Below are positions 59,392 to 64,000 of a DNA stretch of 64,000 nt, piece by piece. The stretch is taken from IMG/VR virus record IMGVR_UViG_3300025005_000002, positions 114,009 to 178,008 of that record; one strand, 5' to 3'. Within the stretch, counting starts at the first letter, position 1; the number at the start of each line of letters is the position of its first letter. A program made the position numbers and the translations under genes. The notes under the pieces were generated by a model. The model searched no databases. It saw only the letters and a list, made by a program, of their open reading frames with translations, and was not told where the DNA came from. Origin of the DNA: a virus.

Positions 59392-59742
59392 ATGGATAAT
59401 GTAGTAATAGTACACAATTTTTTGGGGTCTGCATTTGCACAAGTGTTTAGCGTAGTTGTGCATGTGGTGGGGGTATTTATAGGAGCTACATTAGTACGCG
59501 GGTATTATATAGTTTTTAAAGGACATCCATCCAATGTAGCCTTTGCAATGGTGATGTTGTTGTCTTCAATGGTTACTACTAGTATAATCCTTGGTACAAG
59601 TTCATTTGTGTGGTTTTTCCGTGTCTGTTTATTTTGTGAATTAAATGAGCACCTCGCGTGGTTGCAAATGTTATGGACTGGGTTTTATGGAGTTGGGTTT
59701 ATTATACTATACTTAATACTCAAGAAGAAAATAAGTTTATAA
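59392..59742 (+). CDS. Three-TM membrane protein
   Basis: Three hydrophobic segments and a basic tail. Confidence 0.5.
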   Translation: MDNVVIVHNFLGSAFAQVFSVVVHVVGVFIGATLVRGYYIVFKGHPSNVAFAMVMLLSSMVTTSIILGTSSFVWFFRVCLFCELNEHLAWLQMLWTGFYGVGFIILYLILKKKISL

Positions 59743-59751
59743 GAAGGTATT

Positions 59752-59904
59752 ATGGATACATTATTGAATATATTGATATTTTTGGTCGTGTCTGGGGGGA
59801 TGTTAACTGGTGGGTATCTACTACTGAAGAAATTCGTCCCTGAAACTGCCGCACAGATTAAGGTGACTGTTGATGGGTTATTGGCAGGATTTAAGAAAAA
59901 ATAG
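59752..59904 (+). CDS. Small single-TM protein (50 aa, not in the ORF track)
   Basis: AGAAGGT RBS; MDTLLNILIFLVVSGGMLTGGYLLLKK...FKKK. Confidence 0.5.
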   Translation: MDTLLNILIFLVVSGGMLTGGYLLLKKFVPETAAQIKVTVDGLLAGFKKK

Positions 59905-60196
59905 GACTCGCACTCCGATTATTGATTTCTTAAGGGAAGATAAGCCGTATTCTAGTATGCGGTTACTTCAATTTATATTCTTCATATTGTTTTCTTTTGC
60001 GTGGTTTTATGTTTCACTTGTTAGTAAACCCCCTGTATTGGCTGATGTCCCACCAGGGGTGCAGATGGTTATTGGTATATTATTGACTGGCAAGGTATTA
60101 CAGAAGGGTGTTGAGGCGTGGAAGGAAAATGATGGTAAAGATAAAAATAAAGAAGACAAGGAAAAAGAGAAGGAAGATAAGGATGGTGGTAAATGA
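59870..60196 (+). CDS. Two-TM holin-like membrane protein
   Basis: FLRED..YSSMRL followed by two TM helices and a highly charged tail. Confidence 0.5.
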   Translation: MMGYWQDLRKNRTRTPIIDFLREDKPYSSMRLLQFIFFILFSFAWFYVSLVSKPPVLADVPPGVQMVIGILLTGKVLQKGVEAWKENDGKDKNKEDKEKEKEDKDGGK

Positions 60197-61113
60197 ACGC
60201 AACCATAGAGAAATATTTGCTTTTATTTAAAGTAGGTATACCAGTTGTATTGTTTGTATTTTTGATCATGCTTGCATATAGTAAGTGGGTCAGATATACG
60301 GCAGACTTATCTGGTAAAGAAGCGATTATGGCTCAAGAATTGCGTGAGAGGAATAAAGATTTAGATAAGGCTCAAGTTGATATACTTAAAATCATTAAGA
60401 CTAATGACACAACGTTAAGTAAATTACAAAAAGAATGGATTAAGAATCATAATTTAGATCTTCAACAATATCAAACATTATTATTACTATATCAAAAGCA
60501 AGTTTCTGGCAAGGGTACTTCAACAGTACCAACTACCCCAACTTCAGTAGTTATGGTTGATAATCAGGTTATTAAAGATTGGAAGTTGGATTATAGTGAC
60601 TTCCGTATAGATATAGAAGCTGATGCATTAAGTAAAGAATTTGATTATATGCTCCATCAACGATTCAGTGTCAACGTAACAAAAGCCATTGATGAGCGGG
60701 GTAATGGTGCATATTTTGCCAATGTGTCGGAGATAGATAATACAGGTAAATCAGTTGGTGAGGTAGTAGTAAAAGATTTTGTGGTTAAAGAAGTAAAACC
60801 AAGTGAAAAGAAATTTAGATGGTTTGGTGCGCCATTACAACTTGGTATCGGGGTTGGTGGTGCGGATGGAAAATTTGTCCCGCAAATTATTGGTGCATAC
60901 CCAATTATGACTTATGGGTTCACTACAGTGGATACTACGTGGGCAATTGGGCCATATTTAGGTACAAATGGGGATATCTATTCTGGTGGATTATGGGCTG
61001 GGTATGATGTAGGTAGTGCTACCGGTATTAATTTCATAAGGGGAACAAAGATTGGTGTATTTGGTGGGTATTCAACTGATGGGTATGTAATTGGCGTAGG
61101 GGTAGGCAAATGA
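60193..61113 (+). CDS. Membrane-anchored protein with a coiled coil and a beta-rich C-terminus
   Basis: N-terminal TM, coiled coil, Gly/aromatic beta-strand C-terminus. Confidence 0.5.
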   Translation: MNATIEKYLLLFKVGIPVVLFVFLIMLAYSKWVRYTADLSGKEAIMAQELRERNKDLDKAQVDILKIIKTNDTTLSKLQKEWIKNHNLDLQQYQTLLLLYQKQVSGKGTSTVPTTPTSVVMVDNQVIKDWKLDYSDFRIDIEADALSKEFDYMLHQRFSVNVTKAIDERGNGAYFANVSEIDNTGKSVGEVVVKDFVVKEVKPSEKKFRWFGAPLQLGIGVGGADGKFVPQIIGAYPIMTYGFTTVDTTWAIGPYLGTNGDIYSGGLWAGYDVGSATGINFIRGTKIGVFGGYSTDGYVIGVGVGK

Positions 61114-61123
61114 GGAAAGTAAT

Positions 61124-61726
61124 ATGAAAATTTGTAGTAAATGTAAAATTGAAAAACCTAAAAATTTGTTTTATAGAAGTAAAAGAGAAAAAGATGGGCT
61201 GTGTTTCCAATGCAAAGCTTGTGTATCTAATGCAAGGAAGAAATATGTCAAAACACCACAAGGTAAAATAGTTAAAAAAAGAGCTAGGACAAAATATAAT
61301 AACACCACCAAAGGTAAAGAGGCCCACAAAAATGATTTGATGAGGTATTATAGTACCCCTCATGGGAGTATATTTAGAAAAGAGTACAACATTAAGTATA
61401 ATCATGGTATTACCCTAGAAGAGTACAATGCAATGTTAGAAGCCCAGGGTGGATGTTGTGCTATTTGTGGTACTAATACCCCAGGTGGACAAGGTAGATT
61501 TCATGTAGATCACGATCATAATACTGGTAAGATCAGGGGATTACTTTGTCTTATGTGTAATAGTATGCTTGGGTATTCTAGAGATTCTACAGAGATACAT
61601 AAAAATGCCATTAAATATTTGAATAGGGCGATAATTGATAGTGATTTATTCCCGATCATCAAGTTAGGGGCTTTTGGTGGTATATCTACTAATGGTTATA
61701 TTGGTGGTATTTCAATAAGTAAATAA
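61124..61726 (+). CDS. Endonuclease VII-like (HNH) homing endonuclease
   Basis: N-terminal CxKC...DGL...CxxC finger; HGITLEEY, CAIC, HVDHDH.TGKIRGLLC..CN..LG. Confidence 0.88.
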   Translation: MKICSKCKIEKPKNLFYRSKREKDGLCFQCKACVSNARKKYVKTPQGKIVKKRARTKYNNTTKGKEAHKNDLMRYYSTPHGSIFRKEYNIKYNHGITLEEYNAMLEAQGGCCAICGTNTPGGQGRFHVDHDHNTGKIRGLLCLMCNSMLGYSRDSTEIHKNAIKYLNRAIIDSDLFPIIKLGAFGGISTNGYIGGISISK

Positions 61727-61740
61727 TTGGAGGGCAACTG

Positions 61741-62331
61741 ATGGCCACTTTAGTATTTCAGGGGTATTTTGGAGCAGGGCCGACCTGGACTACTCTAGAA
61801 AATGTTGGGCAACTGATTGGGTTTTATGGGACCTCCTATGGAGATAAGGTAGCGGTTTCTGCCTATCAGTCATCTACTCATATTTCTGGTGCTGGCGGTG
61901 ATGCTTGTACTACAAACCATAATAGAAATGTTAAATATATAGATAGTACACATTTTGATACTGGGTCTGGATCAGAGGTTTTAAATGATACTAATCTTGT
62001 CTCTACTGAGAGTACATTAAGGATTTATCTAAACCATGGTTCTGCTGTAGCTACTCAAAATGGTCGTTTTTACTGTTATAACGGAAGTTCTGTTTCTAGT
62101 TATTCAACAGATATCCAAGTGTTTGCATTTGAACAAGGAGTAAGTGCTACAGCATGGACTTCAATTAATAATGGTAGTTCTACTGGTGGAGATAACTCAG
62201 GGCAGCGATTAGATATCGCAAATAAAACTGCTGCAACAGATAACTATTGGTATATATCTGTATCGTGTAGTCCATTAAGTGTAGGTGCTAAGACTGCCTA
62301 TGCATTCGGTTCTAGCTTAGAATATTATTAG
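61741..62331 (+). CDS. Hypothetical virion structural protein
   Basis: GGAGG RBS; Ser/Thr/Gly-rich beta-type composition. Confidence 0.5.
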   Translation: MATLVFQGYFGAGPTWTTLENVGQLIGFYGTSYGDKVAVSAYQSSTHISGAGGDACTTNHNRNVKYIDSTHFDTGSGSEVLNDTNLVSTESTLRIYLNHGSAVATQNGRFYCYNGSSVSSYSTDIQVFAFEQGVSATAWTSINNGSSTGGDNSGQRLDIANKTAATDNYWYISVSCSPLSVGAKTAYAFGSSLEYY

Positions 62332-62391
62332 GGAGAGGTTTAGTTGAGTATTATTAATTTACCAGTTTCCAATAATAAAATTGGGGGCTAT

Positions 62392-62925
62392 ATGAGTAAA
62401 AGAAATTACGCTGCTGAGAGAAAATTTGTGCATCAAAAAAGACGCAGAGATAAATTATTGGCAGAAGGCAAATGTTGGGTGTGTGGAAATGAACGTGATA
62501 GTTGGCAGAAGCGTTGTATTAAATGTAGTGGTAATATGCACAGGACTCAAAGAAAAATATATCAAGGACGTGTCGCTGCTGGTGTTTGTGGGCATTGTGG
62601 GGATGTCGTTGTAGGAGAGATTGGTTACTGTGAAAAACACTGGTTGCAGCGTGTTAGTATAGATATTACAAAAAAAGAATGTAGTGCAGAAGAATTAAAA
62701 CAGCTACTTGAATCACAAAATTATATTTGCCCATACACAAATGAAAAAATTATACCAGGAGTAAACGCAAGTTTAGACCATAAAATCCCACAATCTAGGG
62801 GTGGTGCCCACGATTTGGGTAATCTACAGTGGGTGATACAAAGAGTTAATATGATGAAACAGAACATGCTACATGATGAGTTCTTAGATCTTTGTCGTAA
62901 AGTGGTGGCGCATACTACTAAGTAA
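62392..62925 (+). CDS. HNH endonuclease with N-terminal CxxC repeats
   Basis: CPYT...SLDHKIPQSRGG...GNLQWV...VNMMK. Confidence 0.85.
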   Translation: MSKRNYAAERKFVHQKRRRDKLLAEGKCWVCGNERDSWQKRCIKCSGNMHRTQRKIYQGRVAAGVCGHCGDVVVGEIGYCEKHWLQRVSIDITKKECSAEELKQLLESQNYICPYTNEKIIPGVNASLDHKIPQSRGGAHDLGNLQWVIQRVNMMKQNMLHDEFLDLCRKVVAHTTK

Positions 62926-62937
62926 TCAAAGGAGAAA

Positions 62938-63954
62938 ATGGAGATGGACAAGTTTACTAAGGTTTTTGAAGCAGATATGCAGAATTCGCTTGATAATCTT
63001 ACAGAAGTAGATAAAAAAGAGCGTAAAATTAAAACTGGCCCAGTTGTTGGTGGTGCTGCAATTGGTGGTGTGGCTGGTGCTGGGGGGCCATTAATGGCTA
63101 CAGCCCATAAAACTGTTAAATTTAATCGTTCTATTAATGCAATGCATAAGGTACATCCCAAGATGACAGAGAAGGCATTATTAACTTTAGCCAAAAAGAT
63201 GGGTAAGGGTGGTGCTGCTGGGGTTGTTGCTGGTTGGACTTTAGGTGCTGGGGCTTCGTATTTCCATAATCGTAAAAAGAATGTTGCTGAGTCGGTATTA
63301 GAAGAAGTTAAGGGACGTATTGCAGCTAAGAAACTTGAGGAAGGTATTGGTAGTACTGTAGCTGGGCTTTTGGCTAAAGTTAGGGGGTTGAAACCAATTA
63401 AGAAGGCTGGTAATGTCGTTAAGGATTTAAAGGCCACTGCTAGAGTAATTAGACCAAGGCATAAATTATATAGGGGTATTGGAAGGACTAGGTTTGGGGC
63501 ATTGAAGGCTAATGCCGGTGATGTTGGTAGGGATATTGCCGGTATTGCAAAGGCCAATCCTTATGGTGCTGCACTTGTTGGTGGTGGTGCACTTGGTGTT
63601 GGTGGGCTTACTGCTTGGGGATTAAAGAGGCCTAAGAAATCAGTATATGAAGGTGCACCATTTGATTTTTCAAAGTTAAAAGATAAGAAAGGTAAGGACA
63701 AAGGTAAGGGTGGTGGTAAGGTCCCCCCACAATTTGCAAAAGGTAAGGATAAAGGTGGTGATTCACAAAAAGATGGTGAAGTGAATCCTGCACAGGAAGC
63801 TTTGGCTAAAGCCAAAGGTAAAGCAAAGAAAAAGGGTGGAAAGAAGGGTCTGCCACCTGAATTTCTAAAGAATATAAAGGGCGGGGACAAGGGTACCCCA
63901 CCAGTTGCCGGAGATAAGAAGAATCTGCCTGTCTTTTTTAAAAAAGAAAGGTAG
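62938..63954 (+). CDS. Basic Lys/Gly-rich protein, possible internal virion protein
   Basis: AAGGAG RBS; Gly-zipper-like hydrophobic stretches alternating with Lys-rich segments. Confidence 0.55.
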   Translation: MEMDKFTKVFEADMQNSLDNLTEVDKKERKIKTGPVVGGAAIGGVAGAGGPLMATAHKTVKFNRSINAMHKVHPKMTEKALLTLAKKMGKGGAAGVVAGWTLGAGASYFHNRKKNVAESVLEEVKGRIAAKKLEEGIGSTVAGLLAKVRGLKPIKKAGNVVKDLKATARVIRPRHKLYRGIGRTRFGALKANAGDVGRDIAGIAKANPYGAALVGGGALGVGGLTAWGLKRPKKSVYEGAPFDFSKLKDKKGKDKGKGGGKVPPQFAKGKDKGGDSQKDGEVNPAQEALAKAKGKAKKKGGKKGLPPEFLKNIKGGDKGTPPVAGDKKNLPVFFKKER

Positions 63955-64000
63955 GCAATAGAAATGACAAGAATTGGTGAGATTTTATTAACTGGGTATT

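Noticed and set aside
924-63890. Numerous minus-strand and nested alternate-frame ORFs in the track (e.g. 21614-22459, 62721-63557)
   Set aside because: They lie opposite or inside well-supported + strand genes, lack RBSs and motifs, and read as antisense shadows.
1-64000. Alternative genetic code (stop-codon reassignment)
   Set aside because: TAA, TAG and TGA all end well-defined genes, coding density is high under code 11, and no suppressor tRNA is seen.
1-64000. CRISPR array or rRNA
   Set aside because: No regularly spaced direct repeats or rRNA-like sequence seen; intergenic space is minimal.

Overview
A 64 kb segment of a large, AT-rich tailed dsDNA phage genome (Caudoviricetes-like). 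It uses the standard genetic code and essentially all genes lie on the + strand. Left part (1-32 kb): small exported/membrane proteins, a tRNA-CAT locus, and a replication/nucleotide module (primase-helicase fusion, NMP kinase, NDT-like protein, dUTPase, intein-containing class II RNR, DnaE, SbcD/SbcC, ThyX). About ten sugar biosynthesis, methyltransferase and glycosyltransferase genes are interleaved with this module. Right part (32-64 kb): a Cys-rich sigma-region-4 regulator, a putative small terminase, intein-containing TerL, portal, a 5,840-aa giant protein carrying a MuF/SPP1 gp7 domain, prohead protease/scaffold, a DUF2190-like cement protein, a Mu gpT-like major capsid protein, and membrane and virion accessory genes. 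Five free-standing HNH/EndoVII-type endonucleases are scattered through the window. The most unusual items are the giant MuF protein, the glycosylation/methylation gene set, two 3'-truncated tRNA-CAT copies beside one intact hybrid-identity tRNA, and a homing endonuclease carrying a duplicated host-gene 3' end. All calls come from motif recognition by eye; no searches were run.
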